DNA of 64,000 bases from Octopus sinensis (lineage: Eukaryota), in NCBI RefSeq assembly GCF_006345805.1, contig NC_043001.1, positions 40,610,001-40,674,000 of the forward strand, in the 5' to 3' direction. A program made the position numbers and the translations under genes. Numbering within the stretch: position 1 is the stretch's first letter; the number at the start of each line of letters is the position of its first letter. This document shows, in pieces, positions 28,513 to 42,466 of the stretch. Below the pieces are notes generated by a model, which was given only the letters and a program-made list of their open reading frames with translations, was not told where the DNA came from and ran no database searches.

Positions 28513-28991
28513 TATTGCTAGATTTATATTAAAATATAGTTTATATTTCTTTGGCAAATTTGGTTTCCTTTTGTCATGATGTATCTTGCTGATTCTACAT
28601 GAGAATTACATAGACATGTGTCTGTAGCCTTCAATCAATTTGCACATTTATTCAATGAGTAGGTCAGCATGTTGATTGTACAACTGACAACTCATATATT
28701 GAAATTGACAGGAAAAACCAAACTATCATATATGTACATGTGTATATGTATGTGTTTATGTGTGTGTGTGTGTGTGTATGTGTGTGTGTGTGTGTGCGTG
28801 TGTATGTAAATATTGTTTAATCCATTATCATTAGACTGACAAAACATTTTGTCAGACTAATGATTATGAATTAAATGTTTATCCACCTCAGACTTACCTT
28901 TGAGGAGGACATACCTTCTTTGAACTTGTCACCCACCACCTGGAATATATATCTCTCTCTCACTGTCTGCTTTCCTGTCTGTCTCCGTCTT

Positions 28992-29023
<32 letters not shown>

Positions 29024-29239
29024 ATATATATATATATGTACATATACATAGATACTCACATACACACACATACACATGTGCACATGTACACACACATGCA
29101 CACACGTGTATGATGTGTGTCCTTAACTCTTGATGGAATCATAGTGGCACCATCACAATATTTGGCATGTCAGATATGGTGCCAATTACTCTATGGTAGC
29201 CTCCCATCTTTCTTCCATCAAATTAAGCATTTTAATATT

Positions 29240-29456
29240 TATTTCTTTACTACCCACAAGGGGCTAAACATAGAGGGGACAGACAAAGGGGTTAAGTCGA
29301 TTACATTGACCCCAGTGCGAAACTGGAACTTTATCGACCCCGAAAGGATGAAAGGCAAAGTCTACCTCGGTGGAATTTGAACTCAGAACGTAGCGGCAGA
29401 CAAAATACCGCTAAGCATTTTGCCCGGTGCGCTAACGTTTCTGCCAGCTTGCTGCC
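29240..29456 (-). mobile_element. Young SINE family C variant with a 17-bp target-site duplication
   Basis: TTAAGCATTTTAATATT occurs at 29223-29239 and 29457-29473. CpGs are retained; B box is gagttcaaattcc. Confidence 0.88.
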
Positions 29457-30710
29457 TTAAGCATTTTAATATTAGCAGCATGAACGTTTTCTTTCCATTT
29501 ACAATGCAAATACAGAAGTATTGAACAGACTAGTACATGAAGAAAAAAGAACTACATGCATGACAACAGAAATTTAAAAAAAAACTTTTTTTACTCTCTT
29601 CCCTTTTTCTTGTCCATATATTCTATAAAAAGTTAATATGACTGAACTTTCAATAATTTGTTATAATTTTTGCAAAATCATTTACTTTGATATTATCTAT
29701 CCATGTGAAACTCAGTGAATTTTATGTGAACATTTGATCATTTAAATATGTTTGTCTGATTTCTACTTTGTAATTTTAAACTGTTAAAATCTCCTTGTTT
29801 TTGTATATATTTGTACCATTGATAAACAAAAAAATTGTTGAAACTAGTATGGTATGTATGAGAATAAATCTATTTAAAAACAACTACACCCTTTTCAAAT
29901 TCAGGTGCATTTTCAAACCACAAAACAAATTCTCCTATATATATATATATATATTACATATATGTATGAATGTATGTATATATATATATATAGGAGGAGG
30001 TGGGTGGGGTAATTTTGTGTTAATGTTTGGTTTTCCTTGCTAGCATGAGTTAAACAATATCATTGGGGCATTGTTTTACAGACGGTTGCTTTTCCTACCA
30101 CTGAAAGAACATCACTGCTTGTAGCTAGGCAAATATCGGGAAAGCACAAATGTAAGCAAATGTGCAAAAGTGTACAGGTACATAAACACACATGTGTGCA
30201 TACACAAACACATATGCAACAAGTTTCTTTGAGTTTCTACTTACCAAATCCACTCACAAAATTTTGGTTAATCTATGAATATAGTAAAAGTCCCCAACCC
30301 AAGGTATATCACTGAGGGACTGAACCTGAAATGACTTGATTGGGAAGTGAACTTCTTAACAGCACAGTTATCTGACATACATTCAACATATACCTCTGAC
30401 AAGATTCTGCTTTATAAAATGATTTAATTATCATAATTATAATCTTTAAAGTATGAAACGACTCAGCTGTAAGAGATTATGTTTATTTTTGCTGTTAATA
30501 AATATACTTATTAATTGATTTATCTCCATTTTCTTATTTTTCTTGGGTATATATATATATATATATATATAGTCAGTAAAAACAGCTATTCACTATTCAC
30601 ACAACCACAACTTCAACCACTGTTCTAACTGGAATTTTGGTGGCACACCTATTTAAGCACTCAGAATGCATAACTATAAGTTTGAGCCATCTTGACCTAA
30701 ACTTCTCATA

Positions 30711-31143
30711 TCTCTCTATATATAGACGGCAGTTTGTCTGTCTGTGTGTCTGTCAGGTTGTACCCTCACCCTGACTACGGCTTTCAACCGATTCTGATGA
30801 AACTTGACACACACACAGCCCAATGTCATAATTCAAAACTAACGCAGTGAAAATTTTGAAAAGTTCCCCCAGTTCTGAAAAAAATCGATAAATTCGACAT
30901 TGGCTCGAGAATCTAAGCTTTTTATATGCAACACATTTTCTGTCTAGGGGACACAACTCGACCATTTTATTGCCCAAAGGGACAGCTAGGAACATCGTAT
31001 ACACAGAAGTATTCGAGTGAAGAGAAGACATTGCAACCTGTACATGCGCTTTCGTTCCCTAGAGGGAAAGGACTAGATTGGGATTAGTCGTTGCCTACTA
31101 GGGGCTCTTACATACCCGGGCAAACGCCGGGCTATGCTGCTAG
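30711..31143 (+). mobile_element. Complete non-autonomous Helitron
   Basis: A|TC 5' end, subterminal GTCTGTCT repeat, 3' hairpin CCCGGGCAAACGCCGGG (31115-31131), terminal CTAG|T, and insertion between A and T with no TSD. Confidence 0.92.
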
Positions 31144-31157
31144 TCTTATATATATAT

Positions 31158-31220
31158 ATACAAAATTTAGAGGATTGACCACTAAAAGTGGACAGCTGGT
31201 CAATCCTCTAAATTTTGTAT
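31158..31220. repeat. Perfect 24-bp inverted repeat with a 15-nt spacer
   Basis: ATACAAAATTTAGAGGATTGACCA ... TGGTCAATCCTCTAAATTTTGTAT. Confidence 0.9.
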
Positions 31221-31572
31221 GTCAAAAAATTTTTAATCTTTGGATTTTTTTAGATATGCTAGTCCACTGGTTTTAATAGATTAATATCAATTTCTACTCT
31301 TATTTAATTTTATATATTTATATATATATATATGTATGTATGTATGTATTAATGTTTGTTCTTATATTTAGCAATAATAAGCAAAATTTGACATTTATGT
31401 GATGTGTTACTCTATACTTTTATGGAGCACAAATTTAGTGTTCTTATACAAGAATATTGTTGATAGTGATGTTAAAGTTTCAGCCAGCATTGGACTGCAG
31501 TCCTACAATGGCTTAGCTGGCTGAAACTTCAAAATTACTGTTAACAACACTCTTGTATAGGAATAATAAATA

Positions 31573-31625
<53 letters not shown>

Positions 31626-31697
31626 GTTGTATGTATGTTGAATGGCTGTGCTGTTAAGAAGTACATGTGCATAACACACATGCACATATGCATAAGA

Positions 31698-31734
<37 letters not shown>

Positions 31735-32022
31735 CTGTGCATGACTGCTGTTTAGATCACCTGTGGCTAGGCAATGATATGTAGTGAAAAGTTAGGAAAC
31801 TTACATTACATGTCATCAAGACTACTAATTTCCCTGGAGATAACAAAGAATAGGATACAATGATACCCATAATTACACTCATACCAACTTGTGTGCTTTT
31901 TTAAACCAGAACACTTAGGCTTCTAGAGTGCCCCAAATTTTTCCATGTCAGTCAATGTATTCCTCTGGCAAATATTGCCAGGTGATGGATTGCTTCTTGA
32001 GAAATAATACTACTTTGATTAA

Positions 32023-32572
32023 CCCTTTAACATTTAAACTATTTCCAGTCCAAATATTCTGTTTTATGTCCAAACTGGCCAGATCCAGCATCTTACACTT
32101 ACCCTAAAAAGTAATTCTAAAAATGACAGTGCATTGTCATGGCACTCCGTTGGTTATGACGAGGGTTTCAGTTGATCCGATCAATGGAACAGCCTGCTCG
32201 TGAAATTAACATGTAAGTGGCTGAGCACTCCACAGACATTGTAACCTTAATGTAGTTCTCTGGGCGATTCAGCATGACATGGTGTGTGAATTGGCTGGCC
32301 CTTTGAAATACAGGTACAACAGAAACAAGAAGAAAGAGTGCCTCATTGAGCATTAGATGTTTTCACTCACAACACCCGGTCTAGGAATTGAAACCGTGAT
32401 CCCACAACCGCAAGTCGCTGCCCTGACCACTGGGCAATTGCACCTCCACACAGTGTATTGTAGGCATAACACATCATCAAAATCACAAAGCTGCAAGATA
32501 ATGCATGATTAATTCCAGACAATGCAAATGAATAAGCATTACAGGTGATAGAGTACAGTGAACCCTAAAGGG
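32023..32572 (+). mobile_element. TTAA-flanked (piggyBac-type) MITE containing a nested SINE B (32141-32447, minus)
   Basis: TTAA|CCCTTTA...TAAAGGG|TTAA ends. The MITE body matches 46333-46550 on either side of the SINE. Confidence 0.8.
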
Positions 32573-33339
32573 TTAATAGCCAGTTTTATATTGAAAGCTC
32601 AAGTCTTGGAATCCCACACAACTTCTGTATTTATATACCTTTTAGTAAAACTAAAATTATTGAATATTTTGCGGTAGTGACATGAAAATGTTCAGAACTG
32701 CCAAGGTTATTCTAAATATAGATCTAATATTATATAGAGTTGAAACTCTTCTCAACCCCAAATCAAATTTATTTATCACTGCATTTATTGCAGTTTCAAT
32801 ATTTAGATGAGTGGAGGTGGTGAAGCTGGCAGAATCATGAACATGTTGGGCAAAATGCTTGGTGGCATTTCATTGGTCTTTACATTCTGAGGTCAATTTC
32901 CCTTTTTGGGGTTGATAAAATTGGGGTCGATGTAATTGATTTACCCCTTCCCCCAAATTCCTGGATTTGTGCCAAAATTTGAAATCAATATTTAGATGAG
33001 TGGTTTTCTGCTGAGCACTTCGATTTCCACACATTACAAGAATGATCTTGATGCTATTAATGTTTCACCTCCTGACACTCTAGTTTCCAAACATTTTTCA
33101 AAATTGTTTTAGAATTATAAACAATTTTCATTGCATGCATGGTTGTATGATTAGTATGCTTGCTTTGCAGTCATGTGGTATCAGGTTTAGTCCCGCTGTG
33201 TGGAACCCTGGCCAAAATGTCTTCTACTAGAGCCCCAAGCCAAACAATGCCATCTTTGGTGGAAATTGAATCCAGAACGTAAAGACAAATAGAATGCTGC
33301 TAAACACTTTGTCTGGCATTCTAATGATTCTGCCAGGCT

Positions 33340-33868
33340 AACAAAGAGTAAAGGCATGTTATGACCAAATCCCAGAAGGAGTTACTGAGAATGAAGACTG
33401 CAAAATCTTGTGAGATGCAGTGATTCAGTGTGACCATCAGTTCAGATATCGGAAACCAGACATTGTTGAGGTGGACAAAAATGAAAAAACTTGCATGATA
33501 ATCAACATAGCATGTCTTGGTGACAACAGGATCAGAGAGAGAGAGAGAAGAAAAACTTAACAAGTAAGACAATTTAAAGTGGGAAATACACAAGTTGTAG
33601 GCAATGAAAAAAGTGGATGGGATACCAATAATAATTGGCATGCTTGGGAGTATCAGCACTCAACTACCAACATGAATCAAAAAGACTGGGACAAATGTAA
33701 AGATAGTACACCTACAAAAATCATCATTGCTTGGAATTAATTGTAAGAGTTATTGAAGCATGATCAGTAAACAAGTGTGGGAAGTGTCTGCTGGCTGTGG
33801 ACAGCTGACACTTCTCATCATACCCAGCGAAATAAGATGTGAGTTTTCATTAAATAATAATAATAATG
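33340..33868 (+). mobile_element. R4/Dong-clade LINE 3' fragment (restriction-like endonuclease plus 3' UTR)
   Basis: Reads ENEDCKIL*DAVIQCDHQFRYRKPDIVEVDK..IINIAC..IPIIIGMLGSI..LQKSSLLG (PD-D/ExK-type motif) and ends in (TAA)n. The 3' UTR recurs at 25505-25620. Confidence 0.8.
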
Positions 33869-34009
33869 TGCTTATATAATCTAGATTTATAGGTTGTCAT
33901 TAACACATTTATATATATATATATACATACATATATACATATACACACACACACACATATACACACACACGCACATATATGTATACATACATACATACAT
34001 ATATATTTT

Positions 34010-34500
34010 ATTTTTTATCTTTTACTGGTTTCAGTTTGAGAGCTGTGATCATGCTGGCACACTGTCATTGACTTTGCTACACTTTCACTATTTAAAACCT
34101 CCTCTGATGTGTGGCATTTGGTGAATGAGGGAGCTTGATGTTGCTGCCCTTGTCTGCCTTTCCTGCCATGAGGTTGGTTCATCTGGAACTCTTGACAGAA
34201 GGAGGTCCAGATTTGCTTTAAAAACACCTGCATCCACCCTGTGGAGGTCTCTCAGGCTTTTGCGGGAGGATTTTGAAGAAATGTGGGCCCTTGAAAACTG
34301 AGCTGTTGCAGTATTTGGTTCTGTGTCATGATGGCAAAGTTGGGATCTTTGGCACTGTGCAGTGGCACCCCATCCTACTGTTTGTGTAACTTTCAATGTC
34401 AAAGTTAGGCACTAGTCCTTCCAGGACTTTCCAGCTGTACATCACTGCATATCTTTCCAGCTATTCAACCTTTCCCAGTTGCTGACATGTTGCATTAAAA
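34010..34500 (-). mobile_element. CR1-type LINE 3' fragment
   Basis: ORF 34088-34402 ends KSLRDLHRVDAGVFKANLDLLLSRVPDEPT..SSSLIHQ, typical of invertebrate CR1 C-termini (FKxxLDxxLxxVPDEP). Confidence 0.75.
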
Positions 34501-34719
34501 TGATTTTGTTTCTATAATTTATGCATATATTTACATACATATGTATATTCATATATATATATAATAATTATTTGAGGGAATATTAATCCTACACACACAT
34601 ATACATACACCCCCACATATTCACATGCACATATGCATCCATACATACACACCACACATAACACACACAGATACATACACACACATGTAATGTATGATGT
34701 ATGTATACATCTCCTTCCT

Positions 34720-35370
34720 CCCACACTCCAGAATCACTTCCATTCCTCATTATCCAGTCATGCTTTCTCCTCTCCCCCTGAGTCACTCTTATGTATCACT
34801 CACCTTGAATTACTACAGTCACTTCTATGCCATCTAACCATCTCTTCTTACAGTGTTATGAAACGTTTCCCTCTGCTCCCTTCCACCTCACCCAGTTCAA
34901 TGTTCAGTGTCACTATGCTGATGTTTATCCCACACTGTACCTTGAGGGTATGTCCTGACACATATACACTACCATCTCTCTCATTCTCTCTTGCTCTATC
35001 TTTCTCTCTAAATCTCTCCAACTGGAGGTATCCTTGTATCTCTTCGACAACAAGGCACCTATTTCTATCCCTCTGTTCTTCTTTTAACCTTCCACCAAAA
35101 ACCATCTCCTTCAGTACTACTCCCCCTAGTTGAGGGGATTTTGTCTTGTCTTGCAAGTTACCTGGTGACCCCATCAGTGCTGATGCCACCAAAAAAAGTA
35201 CCTTGTACACTTTGTAAAGTGGTCGGCTTTGGGAAGGGCATCCAGCATAGAAATCTTGTCAATATAGGACAAAGAACTCAGCACAACCCTCTGGCTTGCC
35301 AATTCTTGCCAAACAATCTAACCCATGCCAACATGAAAAACGGACATTAAATGATAATGATGATGATGAT
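34720..35370 (+). repeat. CT-rich long form of the (GAT)n-tailed repeat family
   Basis: A pyrimidine-rich stretch leads into tactactccccctagttgagggga..aagttacctggtgacc..gtacac..gtaaagtgg and a (GAT)n tail. A similar layout occurs at about 37630-38500 and 56860-57850. Confidence 0.5.
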
Positions 35371-35448
35371 ATATATGGTTTTGGCTGGCTCTGGGCTAAT
35401 TTAACAGACTCTTGTCCAAGGTACCATGCAGTCGTGTGTGTGTGTGCA

Positions 35449-35544
<96 letters not shown>

Positions 35545-35940
35545 CATATATATATGAATATTATTTGTATGGCCTTCAAGGGCTAGGTTGCTATATAGTT
35601 AGATAATTTAGGAGTTAGTTATAGGTTTACTTATAGAATTATTAATTTACCAATACTGTTTTTGTACATAGGATAAATGTGGTTTCTTTGTTGTAGTTTA
35701 ATTAATAATGTTAGTGTTTAATCCTTCCTAGAATTAAGATTGAATGAATTTGGTGATATCTAAGGTATGTTTGTTTCCAAACAACATTTATTTTAGTGCT
35801 GTTGACACTACCGGATTGAATGGTATTGCCCAGGTGTCGAAACCATAGTGATATCCGTGGGGCAGTTCATGATGGAGGTGTGTTGGATTGTTGGTATAGA
35901 TGTTATTGTATGTGCGGATTAATTTTATAAGACATCCATT

Positions 35941-35989
<49 letters not shown>

Positions 35990-36369
35990 TATAAATATAT
36001 AATATATATAGTGTATATATATACACACTATATATGTGTGTGTATAGTGTGTATACACACACATACATATACGTGCAACAAACCTTGCAATAATGTGTAA
36101 GTAATTTGAGTCGTTCCCTGTAGTATAATTTTATTTTCAAACTTCGACTCGCTTTCTTGTTTTGTGAGCATGCATTTGTGGGAAGATATTGAATTCTATA
36201 AATATTGAACATAGTCAAGGCTAATACTGCAAATGAAATAAACAGTATATGTGGTGGAATAATTAACCATAGACTAATTAGTTTTTATTTCTGATTATGT
36301 GCCGTTTTGAGGACTGATTGATAAACAAACAGACTGCTTTTATGAGATTCTTTCATGAACTTTGATAAC

Positions 36370-37400
36370 AAATGTCAATGACACCATTATAATGATAAAT
36401 GACTTCAATGAACTACACAGGAAAACATGAAATGAGGAGGGACCAAGGCTTCCTAGAGTTTTCTGTGCAAATGAACAAACCAGCAGCAACACAAGTACTT
36501 AAGGAATTCAACTAGCCACTTGATCAAGAACCAGTCAGGTAAACCCACAAGACAAGTAGATTGTTGTTTTTATGAGGAAATTGGATTGACTGATGATCAT
36601 AAAGTCTTTCCTCAATGACAAAATGTACAACTCAATATGTTGATAAGTGACATGGTCAAACTATCACAGTTCTAGTCCACATATAAATAATGCTTTCTTG
36701 GAATGTCTGATGCCACATGTAGTTTGGCTGTCTGGTATATTGTTTTCTTTTTTATGGTATACATATCAACTATAGTCTTTGCATGCAGAGTCACTAGCAG
36801 ATGCAAAATATGACTTGCCAGGTGAAAGTCTTGTTACTTAGGAGATATAATTATCAGGGTAAGGTGGTTACTCTGAAAGTATGCAAACCAGGGTAAGAAT
36901 GGATTGAAAAAATTTCAATGCTTATTGCTACTACTGCTGGAAACAAAGGTATTTTCCTTCAAAGTGAAGGATGTATTGTATGATGCTTGTGTTAGAACTG
37001 TGATGCTGAATGGTAAGTAGTGAGACATGAATCTTGAATGCAGAAGATTTGTGAAGACTGGAAAGAAATGAGGCTAGCATGCTGCAATGTATTTGTAATG
37101 TTAATATGCTTGAATACCAGAGTATAGAGCACCAGAGTACAGACGAGCCCAGACAAAAATCAGGTAAGAGAGGGAATCAGATGTAGTGTGCAAGAGAAGA
37201 GACTGGTATGGACATGTGATGCATATAAAGGATGACTGCTGCATAAAAAGAGAGACCAAAGAAGACTTAGGACAAAGTGAAAGCTAACCTGTAGATGCTA
37301 CATACCATGGAGATGACATTGGACTGTACTGTTTAATGATATGTGATGTTACAGAAGATCTGTTCACCCAAGAAAAATGCACCCTAACACAAAGGTAGTG
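36370..37400 (+). mobile_element. Heavily decayed RTE LINE (AP-endonuclease remnant followed by RT C-terminal remnant)
   Basis: Reads DFN..NEEGPRLPRVFCANE.. (EN-like), then aaggtattttccttcaaagtgaagg..gtatgatgcttgtg.., which is similar to 11746-12079. Confidence 0.55.
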
Positions 37401-38589
37401 GTTAAAAAGCTGCAATATATATATATATATTCATCATCATCATCATTTAACGGCCATTGTCCATGCTGGCATGGGTTGGATGGTTTGACCAGGGCTGTTA
37501 AGCTGGAAGGCTGCATCAGACTCCAGTCTGATTTGGCATGGTTTTCTATGGCTGGATGCCCTTCCTAACACCAACCACTCTGAGAGTGTAATGGGTGCTT
37601 TTACAGGCCACTGGCATGGGTGCCATACTGCTTTTCACCAAGTCCATCTTACAATCCCATCGCCTTACATGATTCCCATCTATTCATCATTTATGGTTCA
37701 TTCTTGCCCAAGTTACCTCTGTTGCAACCCAATTTCTCGTTACTCATTCTCTTACCTCTCAGATTCTCTAAGCCTTTCATTCTCTTGCTGTACTTACCCA
37801 CTGTTTTTCCCTATGTCTCTCACTCCCCTTCAACGATGCTTTCCCAACATTCACACCATGCTCTTCCTCTTCCTCTTACCCATATGGTACCCTGCAGTGT
37901 CTCCTTCCTTCTCTTCATCCTCTGCCGCTTTTTCTCTCAGTGCCCTCTCCCCCACTGCTTCCCTGCTTCCTCTACACCACTTCTCGTCTTTCTTCGTCTG
38001 GTCTGGCATACCACTACAATCCTCTACACCTCTCTTTTCTTCAATGACTCTCAGGATTCTCTTCACCCTAGTCATTTGCTCTCTTTTTATCCTTTTCCTC
38101 CTCCATCTTCTGCCCATATTTTCCCCTTATAATGTTGGATAGCCTAACACCTTCCCTTATACAACTCTCCTATCAGCTTTCAACTCTATCCATCCCTTTT
38201 TCTCAATAAAACCTGTCATTAATCCTTTCACTCACCTTTGTTTCTCCATCTACAAACATCGCTCACTCTCCTTCAGTTATAAGAGCCACCTTGAGTGCTT
38301 AGCCTTAAGGCAACCATCAGAGATTCTAGTACTACAACAAAGAATCCAGTACATTCTGTAATATGAATGGTGTTAGGAAGAACATCCAGCTATAGAAACC
38401 ATGCCAAAGTAGACATCAGAGCATGAAGGAGTCCTCTAACTTGTCAGTTTCTGTTAAACCACTCAACTCATGCCAGTATGGAAGCTGGATATTAAAGGAT
38501 GATGATAATGATGATGATGATGTTGATGATGATGATGACATACATGTATACAGACACTACCAATATTACTGTTGCTACAACTCTCTTTC

Positions 38590-39110
38590 CCTTGTTGATG
38601 GATGAGAGAGTTTGATATCATTGTCCTCAACTGTGTTTCATGCCATGATGTTAATCCATCTAGGATCCCAGGTTATAAAGTATTCAGCAGTTTCTTAAAT
38701 ACTTCTTTTTCATGTAGATTTCTCAAGCTCTTTGAAAATCTGGCAGCCTATGAGCCCTAAGCTGCTGCAGTATCTGATCCTGGTATATGATGAAAAAGGT
38801 AGGACTTTCAGCATTAAGCAATAATTACCAGGTTGATGATTGACATAGCTTTCAGTACTGAAGTTTAGTGCTCAAGGATCTTCCACATGTGAATCACTGC
38901 ATATCTTTCTCATCTTCATTCCAAAGAGCAGAGTTATGGGCTTTCAACTGCTCTAATAGCCCAGCTGTTGCATTGAGGCTATTTTCCTTGTGTGACAACT
39001 TACAATTGCTTCTACTTCAGGTGTTAGTTTAACACAGTTTGATGACCAGATCTGTGAACAAAAGACTGGATGGATAAGGAAAATGTTCATCACAGAAACA
39101 GCACAGTTCC
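38590..39110 (-). mobile_element. Decayed CR1-type LINE 3' fragment
   Basis: Reads CSQIWSS..TRKIASM..RIRYCSSLG..EVFKKLL..DGLTSWHETQLR..SNSLIHQ; same type as 34010-34500. Confidence 0.6.
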
Positions 39111-39572
39111 TCACCTTCACATTCTAAATGATCCTAGAATTCATTTGCTAACCTTCTACCCATCATTACTAATTTAGTAACATCTATATGAAAAGATGCA
39201 TATTTACTTACAGGTCATACACCTGAACCAAACCCCAAAATTAGAATTCCTCATATTTCTGTGTATTCTGGTGGTAGTATGCTTGTGGGCTGAAAGCAAA
39301 AGTTTGAAATTTTTCCAACTTTAAATTCCATACAGTTTTCTCCATCCTGCTTGCAGATAACTTTGCAACATAGCCCGTGACTACTTCTTGATGATAATAT
39401 GATCAGCATCATAAGTGACTGTGGCTGCTTATTTAACTGACAGAGTATGTATATATATATATGCTCTAATCACTGGGCCATGATCCTCCATATATATATA
39501 TATATGTATATATATATGCTCTAATCACTGGGCCATGATCCTCCATATATATATATATATATATATATATAT

Positions 39573-39977
<405 letters not shown>

Positions 39978-40323
39978 TTATTTATATATGTATGCATATA
40001 TTTTTATATGTATATATATATATATTTATATATGTATGTATGTATATATGTGTGTGAGTATGTGTATGTATGCGTGTGTATGTATGTATGTGTGTGTATG
40101 TATGTGTGCATATTTGTGTGTGTGTGTGTGTACGTATGTATCTGTGTGTGTATATATATATATATGTACATGTATGTGTGTGTATATATGTGTGTATGGA
40201 TGTATGTATGTATGTATGTGTATGCATATGTGTATATGTGTGTGTGTATGTATGTATGTATATATATGTATGTGTGTGTATGTATGTGTGCATATATATG
40301 TATGTATGCGTGTGTGTGTGTGT

Positions 40324-40645
40324 GAAGGTGTGTGGTTTAGTAGTTAGGGCATTCGGCCCATGACTGTAAGGTCATGAGTTCAATACCTGGTGACTTGTTG
40401 TGTCCTTGAGCAAGACACTTTATTTCACATTGCACTGATCCACCCAGCTGGCAAAAGTGAGTAGTGCCTGTATTTCAAAAGGAGTCAACCTTGTCACATT
40501 GTGTCATGTTGAATCTCCCTGAGAATTACGTCAAGGGTACATGTGTTTGCGGAGTGCTCAGCCACTTCCACATTAATTTCACAAGTAGATTGGTCTGATG
40601 ATCGGATCAGATGTAACCCTAGTCATTGTAACTGATGGAGTACCA
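40324..40645 (+). mobile_element. tRNA-derived SINE, family B
   Basis: Head gtggtttagtagttagggcattcggc..gagttcaatacc. The body is shared with 45031-45339 and 32141-32447. Confidence 0.8.
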
Positions 40646-40934
40646 CACAAAGACACACACACGCCGTATATTCCCGGTGCACCCGCCCTTGCCCACCCCC
40701 ACCACCAATACCGGATATCTCTATATTTTTGCTCCATCTATACCGGATGTCGCTTCTCCCACCACCATTATAGGTGTCTACTCTTCGAACCCCCCTCTTC
40801 AATACGCTATTTCACCATGCATTACCCCTCTCTTGATATCCTACGTTCTACTTGCCTAGAACCTGTCATCATTTCTCTGAACCACCCCTCCCCACTGGTG
40901 CTCCCCTATATATTTCTGCCCCCCCCCCCCACAT

Positions 40935-41168
40935 AAAAGCACCATCCGAACGTGGCCGATGCCAGACCCCTCTGGCACCTGTGCAGGTGGCACGTAAAAA
41001 ACACCCACTACACTCGCGGAGTGGTTGGCGTTAGGAAGGGCATCCAGCTGTAGAAACACTGCCAGACTAGACTGGAGCCTGGGGCAGTCCCGAGCTCCCC
41101 AGACCCCGGTCAAAACCGTCCAACCCGTGCTAGCGCGGAAAACGGACGTTAAACGATGATGATGATGA
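40935..41168 (+). repeat. Young (GAT)n-tailed repeat; an inverted partner lies at 41585-41842
   Basis: gtggttggcgttaggaagggcatccagctgtagaaac..ggaaaacggacgttaaacgatgatgat, with the reverse-complement copy about 420 bp downstream. Confidence 0.8.
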
Positions 41169-41565
41169 TATATATATATACAGATATATATATATATATA
41201 TGATGGGCATCTTTCAGTTTCCATTTACCAAATCCACTCCCAAGGCTATAGTGGAAGACATTTGCTCAAGGTGCCATGCAGTGGGACTGAACCTGGAATC
41301 ATGCAATTGGGAAGCAAACTTCTGACCACATAGCCATGCCTGCACCTGCATATATATATGACACTTTCTTTTCAATTTCCTTCTGTAAAATTCATTCACA
41401 AGGCTTTGGTTGATACTTGCTAAAAGTGCTGTACAGTGGGACTGAACTGGAAACCATGTAGTTGGGAAGTTAAACTTATTAATCTGACACTTGCATCCTT
41501 GTCTATGAAACTTTAAGTAATGACTATGACTATTATCAACTATCCATCTACACCTGCTCATATAT

Positions 41566-41596
<31 letters not shown>

Positions 41597-41937
41597 ACAT
41601 CATCGTTTAATGTCCGTTTTCCATGCTAGCATGGGTTGGATGGTTCAACAGAGGTCTGGGAAGTCAGGAGGTTGCACAAGGCTCCAGTCTGATCTGGCAG
41701 TGTTTCTACTGTTGGATGCCCTTCCTAACGCCAACCACTCCGTGAGTGTAGTGGGTGCTTTTTACGTGCTACCGGCACAGGGGCCAGAGGAGGCTGGCAA
41801 CAGCCACGATCAGTTGGTGCTTTTTATGTGGTACTGGCATATTTAGTATATACAATATGTGTATATTATATATATATATATAAATATGATATATATGTGT
41901 GTATATATATATATATGTATATATATATATGTATATA

Positions 41938-42157
41938 AATAAACGAAAGGATGGAGTCGAACGACACCATATAGGCAGTCATAAAAAAGTTTTTGTTCGT
42001 CTTGAGGCTGATAGAGGTTCCTTGTCTTTCCTGATGAGAAGACGGCATAATGCACACTTTATTCCTTCGGAATTAAGAGTATGCAATCTTCGAAACATGT
42101 GTTGAGAGTAAAGGAATTTTGTTAAAAACTTCGTTCGACTCCATTCTTTCATTTATT
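41938..42157 (+). mobile_element. 220-bp element with 27-bp terminal inverted repeats enclosing a hammerhead ribozyme motif
   Basis: 41938-41964 matches the reverse complement of 42131-42157 at 25/27 positions. The element sits in AT-rich microsatellite sequence. Confidence 0.7.
42026..42108 (+). ncRNA. Type I hammerhead ribozyme candidate (PLE-type)
   Basis: CTTTC-CTGATGA-GAAGA[44 nt with internal hairpin]TCTTC-GAAA-C-ATGT-GT-T-GAGAG. All core nucleotides are present. Helix I is CTTTC/GAGAG, helix II is GAAGA/TCTTC, and the predicted cleavage site follows GUU at 42103. Confidence 0.75.
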
Positions 42158-42312
42158 CATATAAAAAAAACACACAAATTACCACACAAGAACACGGGGT
42201 TTCTGCCCTTGGCATGTAGCTTCAACCGTGTTTTCTGACGTGAATTTGCTACCCAGGTATCGATTAACCTAATTATCAATACTAGGATATATTTATATAT
42301 ACTATATAAATA

Positions 42313-42362
<50 letters not shown>

Positions 42363-42423
42363 ATATATATATACACATGATATATATATATATATTATAT
42401 ATATATATATGTATATATACACA

Positions 42424-42466
<43 letters not shown>

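Noticed and set aside
28898-28939. 42-nt segment with a perfect GTAAGT donor, WWVTSSKK in one frame
   Set aside because: Spacing to VTNIL is about 10 residues too short for ACSM, and the acceptor is purine-rich.
35795-35845. CTGTTGACAC..GTGTCGAAAC as a hammerhead
   Set aside because: The core is altered and there is no helix I or NUH site.
41520-41846. ORF with a poly-His run
   Set aside because: It is the (CAT)n tail of a reverse-oriented repeat.
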